Positions 18,501 to 32,600 of a stretch of 64,000 bases of DNA are shown here, in pieces (the stretch's first letter is position 1; each line of letters begins with the position of its first letter). The stretch is from Amphiscolops sp. MND2022 (lineage: Eukaryota): positions 95,668,001 through 95,732,000 of the forward strand of contig OZ076409.1 in NCBI GenBank assembly GCA_964187785.1. The letters run 5' to 3'. Position numbers and translations under genes: made by a program. The notes below the pieces were generated by a model. It worked only from the letters and a program-made list of their open reading frames with translations. It was not told where the DNA came from and made no database searches.

Positions 18501-21500
18501 TAGATTACAGGCGAGCCTCCTCACTTGAAATGGACTTTGGACTTCCTAACCAATCATAGACAAATTAATCCCTAAATACCAAAATCAATTCCAAAAACTG
18601 ATGATTGCATTTTTTCTATTCAATTTTTCATGGCCTCATCAATCGATTGAGACTGACGTAACAACCCAACAGCTGCAAAAACTTGAGACCCAAGACTACT
18701 GCTATTGAGCGTATTGTTGGTTTTCTTGTAGTCTAAACGTCGACAGTTGTTTCAGATTTTTGCTCCTTTTTCAACAAAAGCTTGTAAAAAACTCACTGGC
18801 TTTAGAGGTTTTGTTGATTTTCGAGAAACAGAGGAAAGCTGTCAGTGTATATTTTGTTCTACCCAGTCATGACATTCGGACGTGACGTGTTGACCCTTGG
18901 TTGTAGTTGACCTTTCAATGACACGACAATTACTATAAATTGTGACCTCGTAGGAGGGATTCCTCGCCTCTGTACTGTACTATCACTAGGTAGTTGAGAA
19001 AGATGAGTTAATAAATATCACCGCTGATTCTTTTCAACTCAATGCATGCATGTGCAAGCAGATTTCTTTTATCAAATATGTTTTAGATGTCTTCAGATTG
19101 TCAAGTTTTGTGCCCGAACATACTTTGCACAAATCTATGAATGGGTTGTGGCTTTTTGCTGAAAAATTCTAAGGGGGTCCTTAGTTGAAAAAAAAAGAAA
19201 GCATCAATGATGAGAGGGGGGGTGTTTTGGCTAATTAGGAGGTTTCTAATGGAGACTATTCCCGGTATGATGTGAAAGTACCTTATGGAAATCGATTTTG
19301 AGCTGAACGGAAATGAATTTGGAGAAATTGGACATAACAAGACTGTCACTTTGGGGGTATCACGTCTCTCATAGCCTGTAGCTACCATTTTTCCTTGCTT
19401 TTTGCCATTAAATCTCACCTGGTGTCTTCCATTGTCACTGCTGGGAACAGTCTCAGGGCGTAGCAGGAATCCCGCATTAATAATACCAGGCCCAAAATGG
19501 TAGTTGCCAATAAACGCTAGGAAAAGAATGGAATCTCCTGAAATTATTCGCCTTCCTTTTTATTCCTCACTTATTTCTACCTAAACAACAATGGACTTGA
19601 GCAACAATGTTTTCAGTGGAATGTTAAATTTGAGCTCCTTTAGGTCTCGTTTTGCAAATTTTCCTCTGTCGCGATAATTTCCGGGGGTTCCCTTGATACC
19701 TATGTGTATTTTTATGACATTTCATTATTGGCTGAAAAAGCTTGCCTTATTTTGGGGAAAAGGGGAGGAATTCAGAATGACAAAGGAGGAATAAGCGAGG
19801 TGAATGACATGTTTTATTTAAAAGGGATACCGTATTTATTCAAAAAACCGCTCTCGAATAAAAATCACATTTTTAAATCAGTTTTAACAATACGAGCCGC
19901 ACCTTTCTACCCAAATTGACTTTCTCTGAACAAAAACATTTCAAAATGTCAATTACACACCAAAATTTTTCAAATGTCAACCACGTTTTTGTGTGAGTGT
20001 AACTTACAATTTCGGTGTTCAAAACAACTTGAAGCTACTTTTTTGCATTGTTTTTGGAGGCTAGCGAGTTGTTTAAAAAACCAAATTGGAGCGGCGGTTT
20101 TTTTTGGATAATTACGGTTAAAATTTAGATGGAATTTTTGGATGGATACGTTTGGATACTTGATTTTGAGCCAGCCTTAGCCAGCGCTGCCTATGGTGAT
20201 GTGCTTTGTATTTGTATTTAGGGGTTTGGGTTTGTAACATTCATTAGTAGTGCTGATGCGGACAAAGCACGAGACGCGTTGCATGGCACGACAATCGAAG
20301 GAAGAAAAATTGAGGTGTGTTGTTTGTCTTGTCTTGTAAACTTCTCTCACTCTCTCTCTGTCTTCCTCCATCTTTGTTTGTCATGTTTCCTCACTCTTAC
20401 ATCACTCTTCGTGAGTCTTACGTAATCGTGACATCATAGTATGACGACATCTTGAAGTGGAAACTGCCGCTAAAACATGTAAAAACGCCCAATACTTGTT
20501 CAGCGGAAAAGTATTTTCCACAACCAACAAGTTCAAGTATCGCCATGGTTTCATTAGTATTATAAGAAACTAGTTTGTGCTGAAAATTGTCTTTAGAGAA
20601 ATAGATTTAGTTTTAACCCTAAATGGACCAGGAAGTTTCTGAAGCCCCCATCCAAAAATATGGTGGTTAAACTTTGAACCGCAATATCTTTCGAGTCCGA
20701 CAAACTATTTATAGCGCGTTACAAACTCCGGACTCTGCGCCAAAACCTTGCACGCCTCGTGTCTCTGATTGCAATTTAGCATGTTTCAAAACATGCTAGG
20801 GCCGCTGCGAGCCAACCTTAATATTACTGGGATAAAGTGGCCACAAACGGAAACCGGAAAAACCGAAAATCTGCACCAGTTTTTTTTCAATTTTTGGTCC
20901 CGATTACTTAATTTCAAAGACATCAAATCAGTATTTTGTGAAATTGCATGCAATTCTAAGTAATAACGTCTAAAAAAATTTTTGCAAGAGTTTTCTTTTC
21001 CTTACGTTCAGCTAGTGCCTTCAAAAGTTTGCAGAAACTATTTGGTACGAAATGGTCCATTTAGGGTTAAAGAGTCATTGTTGTAATAAAAGTGTCAAAC
21101 CACAGCGGTACTCGTCAAATTTCACGATGACGTCATAATATGGTTCTTATAGGTGCATGCTGGTAAAATGCTTTCCACATTTAATTTGGAAGTTTACGTT
21201 TTTTTTGCGTCGGCTCTAAAATTGAAAAAAAAATAGAATAGATCAAAAAATCGCAGCTTTTTTCACACATGAAACTTTCATTTTCTGACCTTATCCAACA
21301 GAAAGAGGAATAGAAGAAACGCCCTATGTGTATTTCTCGTCACTTTTCAAAAAGTTAAATTGGCTTTTTTCATTTCAAGTGAACTCCTTTTAGACATTCA
21401 AGTGGCAAGCAATAAACAATTGAATTTATTTTTTTCCAGTGAAAGTTCATTCACATTGCGTTGAATTTCCGCTTCTATGACAGAGACTAGTCAAAAGTAG

Positions 21501-24500
21501 CTAAAAGTGCCACCAAGTTTTTGTGCTACTGTTCAAGCACAAATGTTCAATTATTCAAGCTCGTTTTTTAAAAAGAATTTTGAAAATTTCATTTTGAGGG
21601 CGGATAATGGAATTTAGAAAAGTGCAAAATCAATTTGAAAATCTAAATGAGCAAGTGATAGTTTTCAATTTTTTGTCTCGAGATTCCTTAAATTAATTTG
21701 CATGCTCGCTTGTTTTTTGTTCACGCCGTTAGAAGAGTCCCGCTGGAAATAATTCCCGTGATGAAAAATTTCACCTGCATCGTGTTTGCAGTTAATGTCA
21801 ATTTTTTATTGATTCAAATTCAGTTGTAAATTAATCATTCAGTCGTGGCAACTGTCTTGATTGACGCCAAATTGAATCACGGGAGGGGGGAAATTTCCTG
21901 TTTGGGGTCAACGTGCTGGCATGAAATCATTTGATATGTAGGCATGCGAACTTGATGCAATTTATAAAACAGAAAAGGTCATTCGTATACGCCGTAAAAA
22001 CGTTGATTAAATTTTCCACCTAAAAGGCGATGATCTTGTTCGATTTTATCCGCAATTCAGTTCAGCAACTCCGAAAAGAATGAAGTTCAAAAGCATTTAT
22101 TTTTTGGATTACAAGATCTGGGTATCAAAATTCTGGAGAAATGCGAAGGCCTAGAACTTTTTAATTGAAGTGCGTTTAAAATCAGCATCTTACAAATACA
22201 TGCAAATATTAAGTTTTCGATTAAATTAGGCTAAGTAAATACCCATTTTCTATTGGCCCATTTTTCTGTTAGTTCATACTATTAGAATTTGACAACTTAA
22301 CCGAAAAAGGTTGTCTTGAATTTGAGCCGACAAGCGATGATTATGTAACTGATGGCTAGTGGACAAACAGAAAAATGCGTCGACAGAAAACGTCGATTTT
22401 TTTCAACTTTCATATTTTTAAAACAAACTTTTCTTGCAGGTGAACAACGCTACTCCAAGGGTGATTCCCAGGAAGAAAGAATTCTCTCCGATCGCTACCA
22501 ATGGAAATCGTTAGTACTCAACTTTGAACTATTCAACTTTGAAAACACTCTTATAATGTGTAAGTTACATACTGTTTTTTGGACCATGTGTTCAATCCCC
22601 CGAGCGGTACACCTTGTTGCGAATTACAAACACACACACACACACCAAAGCACATTTTGTTTTTGAATAAAAATATTTCACTTATAAGAGGATATTATAT
22701 GAATGTAAATACTTAGAGGATTGTCTCTACAACTGTTTTGACACTTCAGGCAAAAATATATATAAATCTAAAAAACCCTGGTCAAGGGACCTGCCTAAAC
22801 GTGCAGTGATGAAATCCCATCAATAAATAAATAATGTAAGTGCATCTCCAGATTACTGCACCGAACGATTTCGCACCAAATAGATTGACCAAATTATATC
22901 CATATGAATGTATTCATTTATGATTGAGCCGTTAAAGCTATAATTTCATTAAGCACATAGCATATTCCATGCCTCATATACTTTCAGTATCCTATAGCTC
23001 TATTTCAGTGAGGAGAAAAGTTGATGCTTCAGTCATTATCTCTGTATTAATCTTGAAAAATTTCGGGTTTCTGCTCCAAGATATGAGGATTTTCGATATC
23101 ATTGTCCAAAATAGCAGAAATTCACGCTTGGAACAAGCTAAAGTTTTATAAATTGGCCCCTATTTCAACGCAAAATTTCTCCGTGGTAAAATCTAATGAG
23201 CAACTTTTAACTGACTATAGTAAGTAATGTACAGTACACCCTCGATTATCCGCCACCATCGGTCCAGCGCGAATTATGGCGGATAAGTGAGAGTGGCGGT
23301 TAATCAAGGGAGCTTAGACTCAGGTGTTATAGCAAAATGTTCCCGTAGATTTGTGGCCGTTGACCAAAGGTGGCGGATAATCGAGGGTTTACTGTACCTT
23401 TATCTCAATACAACAATATCCTTACGGATGAAACACGTTCGTTGAGTGAAAAAAACTCTGGAGCAACTGTTATATTTATTTAGTTTAATGCTTCCAATTA
23501 GTTGAAGTATGAATAAAGTTTGAAAAACGTAAAACGTACTTTTTTCACGCGTATTCAGATATGTACCGTGATTTTCCTGCGTTTTTTGAAATTTTTGTTT
23601 TGTCCGTGATTTTAAATAGAAACTCGCCGTGAATAACATAGGCTTGTATGTAATTCATTTCGCACTTGTATGTTTCGTTTAAAGTTACTGCTTGTTATTT
23701 TCCGACCCCTTAAATAAATTTGGGGGAGGAAAATCATGATCTGTGATGCGTCTTGTTCAAAGTTGAATTGTTAGAATAAAAAAGATTTTCTCTTTGTCCT
23801 CTCACTAGGCTGGCTATGTCGTTTCATTTGACTGCGATGGTTTTTCATCTAGGCTTCTTGTTTCAAACTGGTTGCATAGCATATCTGGGCAGCATAATAA
23901 CCATTGGTCAATTATGATTGAAAGTATCAAACTTTACATATTTCTTCAAATTCGGCTTTATTTGTTGAATTCGTGTTTTATAACAGCAAACAGAGTTGTT
24001 TCAATTTTGGGGAAATGTATTTTTGAAATCAACACTTGGTCTGTCTGAGTTCTTGAAGAGCCCCGTAATGTATATAAACTGCGTGTGCTTTGACATAAAC
24101 AATAACCCAACTAGGCTCCGCAGAATTTCACGCGGCGTGAAATCGTATAAATGCGTGAATTATTGCTCAATCAAAATTCAGCATGTCACCGAAGATAAAA
24201 GCGTGAAATAACTCGGTTTTCGTTAAACATTAGATTATATTGCGTGAAATTGAATGAAAATACCAAAAACGTTCATAATGGCTGGAAAATTTTGTTTTGT
24301 CGATTTCTAATTAGCACCGATACAGCAAAGTTTTACAACCAGCTGAAAAATTCTGACCAATGAGGGTTAAAATTTAGATTTTGAAACTCAGAAGAAATTG
24401 TTGTTTTTGTATGTGAATGCCAAACGAAAAGATTTTTCTAGTTTTGGAGAAAATACGTGAAAAAATTACCGGAATTAGCGCGACACGGAAGCGTGGAATT

Positions 24501-26612
24501 TAAGGGTTCTTCAGCCTGAATTTCTGCGTAGCCTAAACCCAATTTTGTTGGACCTCTGGTTTTGTTAGTGTGATAGAACGCAATGGCTTAAACTCTCAAA
24601 ACAATTTATTGAGCTCCAGTCAAAGCGTGAAAGTTGTTGGCAAACAGTGTTGACATCGCTAATTTTTTTCGCTAGACCGCTAATTTCAAAATCGCTATTC
24701 TACAAAAATACTTTTCTTCAAACTATTAAATTTGCTTGAATTCAAGTATGCTTCAAATTTCAATGGCAACTTAATTCAATTTTTGTAGGAAAAAAAACTT
24801 TTATACTGTGCGGGTTTTACAAATAATGAGTTGGTATTTTTCGAATTTCATTTATATCAATAATTTTTCTTTCACTGTAAACAAAACATATTGTCATTTG
24901 TGGATGGATTAGTTTCTGTCAATAGTATAAAATGGGTCTGTGAGACGTGTAAATTTGCATGGTATGCCCTATGTGAAATGTAGTAATGTGTCATGTGTGT
25001 TCACAAGCAGCCGGGGGACTTTTCGCAGCGAACCCCATGAGTTTGGGCTCCAAGTTGGCACCCTTGCCTCTTGCGGCCTTGGCGTCTCTGAGAAACCCCC
25101 TGTACGCCGCAGTCCAGGCACCCACCGGAGGGGGCAACGCGGCGGCCGTCAACCTAGCTGCTCTACAGACCCTACTGCAGGCCCAAATGCAGCAGAACGC
25201 CTCCTTGGGTCTGGGTTCTAACATGGCCGCCGCAGCAGCTGCGTTGTCACAACCAACTTCTAACCAGTAAGTACTTCTAACATTCTAACAAGACGGGAAC
25301 GTCTAAAGTCGGCGCCATATCTAAGGCTCGAAAAGCGCAAAAGATTTTTTTGGAAAAAAATTGAAATTTTTGAAAAAAATTTTTCTTTCAAAAAAAGTCG
25401 CATAGTGCCGAAAAATGTAAAAGGGGGACCCTTCTGGATTTATTAACATACATTCCGTTGCAAAATATCAAAAAACTCAAAGGGGGGGACCCTTTGGGGA
25501 CAAAAAAATTTTCGAAAAAAAGTCGCACAGTGCCGAAAAAAAACTCAAAGGGGGGACCCTATAGTCTCGTCCTGTTTTGTATCTTACGATAAAAATGGAC
25601 TTACTGAAAGGGGGGACCCTTTGCACTATCTCAAATGCGCTGCCAGTATTTTAGTAGTACTGTATTTAGTAGTTGAACGTTAATTTTAACGTTCGTCGCT
25701 TCGAGTCTGTCTTAAATTAAAAAAAACGAGTGACTGTAATAGTCGGGCTCTTTTCTTAAGAAAAGCGCCGACTAAAAACAGTCAAACTCCTCGGACAAAA
25801 AAATATTCAGAGGGCGGTAAGAAAAGGGTTTCTTTTATCCATAGTTTCTTTTATCAGCTGTCCCGTTAACGTAGAAAGTTTGTCTTGCATAAAAGCGGAG
25901 GAGTGAAAAAGTTTCTTATATCCGGATTTTTCTTTTATCCGAGTTCGACTGTAATTGCACTTTTCACCGCGAAACGTTGATTTCCTTTCTTAACACATGT
26001 GAATCGACAAAATTTTACCTTTCGAGCATGCTATTTGGAAAACCATTGATCATTTTTGAAATCAAAATTCTTCCATAGATTCAGTTTGTAACGGCAAGCT
26101 GTTTCCGTTGCTTCTCCGTTGGTAGAAATGGAAGAATCCATGGCATGGGCATTTGCGCGGGGCAGGCGCCCATAGCCATGGATCCATTTTGCCTCTTTAG
26201 GGTACAAACTGCCCCGTCAGAGGAGGATTCTGCTTCTGTGGAGTACTCGCCGGCCTTATCCAGTCTTTAATTGCTGCCAGTAACGTGGATTACGCATTTT
26301 CGTCGAAACTGCCGATTAGACGGCCTTTAAAAAATGGTGTTAAAGGTGAATTTTTTCGGGGTTTAAGACATTATGAAATCGTAGCTCACGAGCTACTACA
26401 ACGAGAAAATGATAAATTACAGCACGGTTGACATTATACGGCAATTCGGCCAGTAGCAGGGAAGCACAAGCACCGTATGCTTGATTAGGCGAACTGACTC
26501 ATTTAGGTTATTTCACCATGTAGAAATTAGCTAAGAAAAGCGCCAGTTTGTGTAAGTCCGTCTTGGCGTAATTAGCAGTTTTGCGAAATGAGTCTTCACG
26601 GGTCTTTTTGAT

Positions 26613-26654
<42 letters not shown>

Positions 26655-29600
26655 TATGGGTATGTTGGCGAAACGTGATTGAGCCTTTGCAATTCTTCAG
26701 ACAGGTCTTTTTAAAGACACGGAAGCGATCAGCGGCAACTGACTGAAAATTGCAATTTCTAGTTCCTTGAACGAATTTTTCAATCGGTGGCAGGTGAACG
26801 TTACAGTAGATTTTTCGGATTTAATTGAGCATAAACCTTGTCAAAAAAACTGGATAAAACGGTCAAAAATTGGAAAAACGGCAAAAAGTGCACAAAGTCA
26901 GTCAGCTATTTGTAACTTTCTCAATTTTTGTCTCTAATTTTGAAAAAATACTAATGTAAACTAGGTGAAATTCTTAAAAAAACTTATTACGTTTCTGATG
27001 TTTTTTCAAAATGTTCAACCGATTTCGAGAAAATCGAGCCTAAAATTGCTCGGGGACGATTTCTTAATCACAGTACTGTATGTTTTAAAATCAAATGATA
27101 ACTTGCTTTAGTTTTTGCCAAAACTTAGAATATTCGAAGAAATACGGTGTGTAATTCCTGTGCAATGTGCTTTAGTTTGATGGCGGCGACTCAAGGAGCG
27201 ACTGGCATGTTGGGTGGAAACCCGCTGTTGAATCTCTCGGCCAACGGACAATCAGCCGGACTCATGAGCCCGAACGTGTCTCTGGCCAACTCCGGACCCT
27301 TCTTCAACCCAGCTGCCGCCGTGGCTGCTCTCGGGGGGTCCTACGCGGGCGTTGGCTCAGCTGGCACCGGCAACGTCGGCAACCTGGAAGCTGTTCTCGG
27401 AGCTTTGACTGCCAATCAAAGGTATGGTATGTTGTGCAACTAATGCAGCCCCTCTCGCCAGGGTTGTAACATCGCTAATTTTTTCGCTAAACCGCTAATT
27501 TCAAAATCGCCATTTCGCTATTTCAGCTCTCCTGTAAAAGGATGAAGGAGACTCTTACATTTGAAAGCATTGGAAGTAAGCTCTGCAGAAATACATAGTG
27601 TAATCGCGTGAATTATTGCCCAATCCAATTCCAGCGTTCACCGAAGATAAAAGCGTGAAATGACCCAAATTACGTAAAATGAGAGCTAGCCGGGAACGGC
27701 CCAAGTCGGCGCCATTTCTAAGGCTCAAAATAGCAAAAGGCCTTCAAAGTGTCAAGTATTAACATCTACGGTACCCGAAAAACCCAAAAGTTCGACCGAA
27801 TTGGTGCAACATCCATCGAGTTGCAAAATATCAAAAAAAAGTCTCACAATACCGAAAAAATGAAAGGGGGCCCTTTGTGATTTTTAACATCCGAACTTTG
27901 AAACGTTGTAGCCGAACTTTGAAAACGTTACATTCTCACATCCGAACTTGAAAACGTTATATCCGAACTAAAATCATGGTTAACCACTCGGCTAAGAACC
28001 ACAAATGAACAAAAAAGTGGACCGATCGCGTTGAACTGACGAAAAAAACTAAGCCACTGTAATAGTCGTGCTTTTTCTTCGGAGACTATCAGTTTTGGCA
28101 ATTTTTTGTCGTTTTATAACAGCAATTTTTCGCAACTCCGATTGAGTAATTTTTTGCAGCTAACTGAAAACTTTCTCCTTGATGTTATTGTATGTCAGTT
28201 CCAAACGAAAAAAAATCCATTTTTGAAAAAAAAATGAATGAAATTGGACCAAACTTAGCGTGACACGGAAACTTGAATTTTTTCACTGGTTCTTCAGTGT
28301 GAAATTGTGCGGTGCCCATTGAAGGTTGCTTCAAAGATGAATGCAGGCAACGGTTACACTTATTCATGACAGATGGTCCACGGTGTATTGACTTTGAGCT
28401 ATATGAATTGTATATTTTTGAGTCTTAAGCTTGGCGCCGACTTAACCATTTCTCGAGACCCTTTTTCCATTTCGGTCATTCCTTAATTGGGGAGGCAGAA
28501 GTTTCATCGTATTACCAAATCCAGAACTTTTGTGGTCGGAAATTTCGTCGTATTGATTAGAATTGACAGCGTCCATCGAAGCTGTTATTTATGGCATGAC
28601 TGTAAACAGTAGAGATTTTGTCGTCAATATTCAGCCGAAGAATAACTCGCACATCGCCGAAGCCTAAACATCAGCGAGGTTTGACTTTATTTGATAATGC
28701 ATGAATGATAGCTGGTTCCTCCCAGACCGATATTCTTACATTATCTCTTGTAAATGGAGTGGAATAATCTAACCTAACCATTGGATGGCTGTATGTCTGT
28801 GTGTGTTTTAGACTAAACACCGCCACCCCCAGTAGTCAACCGATAGACACGGCCAAGATCGAACAATTGCGCAGTCAGCTGAAAGACGTGTGGGGACTGC
28901 TCTGCCCCGAGGCCACTCCCCCCAACGGCGCTGCAGCACCCGGCGGACAACTGTTCCAGCAGCAGACTGGCCTTTCGGCCCAGCCCCAATCCTTCGCTGG
29001 AAACCAGGCTACAGGTGATAGTCCAATATAAGGGATTCATTTAATATTGGTTAAACGATCCCTTATATATTCCATTAATTGAATATATAACAAGACGGTA
29101 ACGTCGAAAGTCGGCGTCATATCTAAGGCTCAAAAAGCGCAAAGTTTTTAAAAGTGTAAAAGGGGGACCCTTTGGGCTTTATGAAACTTCAGTTTGCTGC
29201 AAAATATCAAAAAACTTGAAGGGTGGACCCTTTGACGACAAAAAAAATCGAAAAAAAGGCGCACAGTGCCAAAAAAATTCAGAGGGGGGATTTTGTCCCT
29301 CTAGTCCCGTCCGGTTTTGTATCTTACGTTAAAAATTGAGTACACGAAAGGGGGACCCTTTGCACTAACTTAGATGCGTTTCCGCTTGCCGGTCCAGTAG
29401 TTCTGTAAAAAAAGTGTCCACTACGCATTCATTCCGTGGTCTGACTTGCCACTGTAATAGTCGGGCTCATTTTGTTGAAATGCGCCGACTAAAAACCATT
29501 AATGCAATCCCTTTTATTTCACGTTAATTCCAACGTATGCATTGTATGCATTTCGCCGTTGAATTGGCTAGCTTATGTATACAGAAAACGAATGAAGTTA

Positions 29601-32600
29601 AAGTCAAGAGGGTTGCTAGATCATTCCTCGGATCTTGCCTTCGCCTGCCATCGCAGAGCGCATGTTTTCCATGGCAACGTTTCTGACTGAGAAACGAAGA
29701 AATAGACTCTCAATGCAAAATTTACGTTTGAGATTGATTTGTCTTGGTTCTGAAAATGAATCAATTCATTTTTTCCAATCCATTTTCACGGATCTATTAA
29801 ATGGACCCCTTAAATTCAAGGTCCACTCGTTGAATGTTAAATTTTCCTTTTAAAAAATTTAATTGGTCATCACAGTCTAGTCTCACAATCCTACCATAGT
29901 CGCATTGTCTCCAGTTCTGGTCCAAGAAAAGTTTAATTGAATTTGAAATATATTGTCAAAGTCACCGGAGGCAGTTAGAGTAATTTTACAGTTCATTAGG
30001 AGTCGGAAAAAATATCGACTACTTATGCAATCGTACCTTTTTTCCCGACCTTTCCATGAAAATTTCAAGTTTCTCAAAAACTGTCTACACGATTTTCATA
30101 AACTTTAGCTTAGTCATTCAACACCCAAAGGTGCCTCTTGCGTGCGCAATAATAACAGAATCGTATGACTGGAATCTGAGAAAGATAGCCAAAATTGGTC
30201 CATAGGTTACCAAATGACAATTAAGTAAATAATTTGTTTTTCCAATTTCAATCCGTTTTCGACTCCTTTACCGCACATGCGGCTCTGGTTTTACAAATAT
30301 GCCCTTTCTGAAGCCCCAATTGCACGGGTCACAGGAAACTTGTAATTGGTTTCATGAATTTGCTTAAACCATGGTGGAGCCTAATTCTGTTTTTTTTTTT
30401 AGTCGGCGCTTTTCTAGTGAAAAGAGCCCAACTATTACAGTGGCAATTTTTTTCGTCGGGTTGTCGTTTGAGTGAGCAGCACCCGCAGAGGCACAGAACG
30501 GAGCTTTTCAGTAGGACAAACCAATTCAGAGTTGAAAATCCCCAAAAGCTTGTTTACTGATTCAAATTTTAAATCATTATTTTTCTAAAGTTCAAGTTTT
30601 CTGCATGCTGATTTTTAATCGAATTAATCTTGGTTATAATCATTTTAATCGGATTAAAATGCCTAAAATATCTTATTCGATTATTGCCAACCCTGTTTTT
30701 GATGAAAATACCTTCCATCTAAGATTGATCTGCAAAATAGACTTAAATTCATTCCATTTTTTCAAGAAGAAACCCTTGCATTGAGATGAGTCATTTCAGG
30801 CACATTGCCGGGCGGGGCTGCCGTCCCTACCAGTGCGGATTCCAGTCTGCTGGCTCAACTGCACTTGAGGAGCCAGTCGGCAGCGGGAGGCAACTCCTCT
30901 GTGGTCACTTCTGTCGCCCCAGGTGCCAGCGCTTTGTTCCAGAACCACCTCCAGACCAACGCCACAGCAGGAGCTCCTGGCTCCCTACCAACTGCCGCCG
31001 CCACAGCCGCCAATCAGACATCCAACTTTCAACAGATACTCAACAAGTGAGGAGAGCAAATATTCATATACAACAAGCCGGGAACGGCATAAGTCGGCGC
31101 CATATCTAAGGCTCAAAAATAGCAAAAGGACATGAAAGTGTCAAAAAACTCACAAAAAGAGTATCAAACTCACGAAAAACCCAAACGACGGAACTGGCGC
31201 GCCAGGTGCCCGCTAAAAGAGGGTCCTTTCGCATTTTTTAACATCCATTGTTGTAAAACATCAAAAAATTGAAGGGTGAAAAAATTTCCGAAAAAAAGTC
31301 TCAATGCCGAAAAAACTGAAAGGGGGAACCCTTTGGAAGTTTTCAACATCCATTCTGTCGCAAAATAAAAAATTGAAGGGGACCCTTTGGGAAAAAATTT
31401 TTTCGAAAAAAGTCTCACAATGCCGGAAAAAACTGAAAGGGAGGACCCTTTAGTCTCTCCCGGTATGGTATGTTACGCGGAAAAAGAGGAAAAACCTTTT
31501 TGGTTCAGTTCGCTAGGCCCAATGATTCAATTTGGGACCATAAAACTTTGTAGAACTTTAAGAACTATTCTGGTCAGTTCGTGTGGATTGAAAAAAGTCA
31601 CTATAATAGTCGCTGATAGTTTCACTTCATGAAGCGCCGACTAAAAACCGTAACCCGACAGGACGTTTCGTTCACAAGACCTTTCGTTTAAAGTATAAAA
31701 TCGAACATTTTGCACAAAAATGTAATGATGTTTTACCCCCTTGTTTTTCCCTCATTTTTATTCAAATTTGGTATGAAACGTCCTCTGTACGAATTGTCGT
31801 CATGCCAAATAAACGCTCGCTTCATATTCGACAATCGTACTATTTTGAGGCTGACCCAAAAATACCGGAAAAAATGCATGAAGGTTACACAGCATCACTT
31901 AGAAGTACTTAGGCTGTTTCCTCTTTTTCATGAGTTTGATGCGCAAAAGTGCAGTTTCGACTTGTGTCGTTTTTGGTCAACCTTCTGAAAAGCATGAAAT
32001 TTGAGCTATATGAATTGTATATTTTTGAGTCGTAAGTGCGGCGCCGACTTTTGCATTTCTGAACTTTTTGCAAAATACAGTGGAGCTTGTTCAATAAAAT
32101 GGAACTTCGCCTTTTGAAAAATTGCTCTCTATATAACGACTTAGCTCTTTATAAGTCTTTAGCCATTGTTGCTTGAAAAAAATTTAAAGGAAAATGTTAC
32201 CGAAAATTTTCCAACTGGAAATAGCCTTGAAGAATTAGTTGCTTGTTCTGAAAGGTTTTACTTAGTTCAATTACAAACAAGACGAGAAGGTCTAAAGTCG
32301 GCGCCATATCTAAGGCTTAAAAAGCGCAAAACATTTTTTTGGAAAGTTGCATAGTGCCGAAAAATGTAAAAGGGGGACCCTTCTGGATTTATTAACATAC
32401 ATTCCGTTGCAAAATATCAAAAACCTCGAAGGGGGGACCCTTTGGGGACATTAAAAAATTTTCGAAAAAAAAGTCGCACAGTGCCGAAAAAAATCCAAAG
32501 GGGGACCCTTTAGGCACGTCCGGTTTTGTGGGTTTCCTTGAAAAAGTAAATAAAAAGTAAAAAACCAAAAGGGCGATCCTTTGGAATAACTTAGATGCGT

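Noticed and set aside
19100..19820. Possible degenerate reverse-transcriptase fragment on the minus strand
   Set aside because: Only a weak [11 protein letters not shown] resemblance amid stops, which I cannot support.
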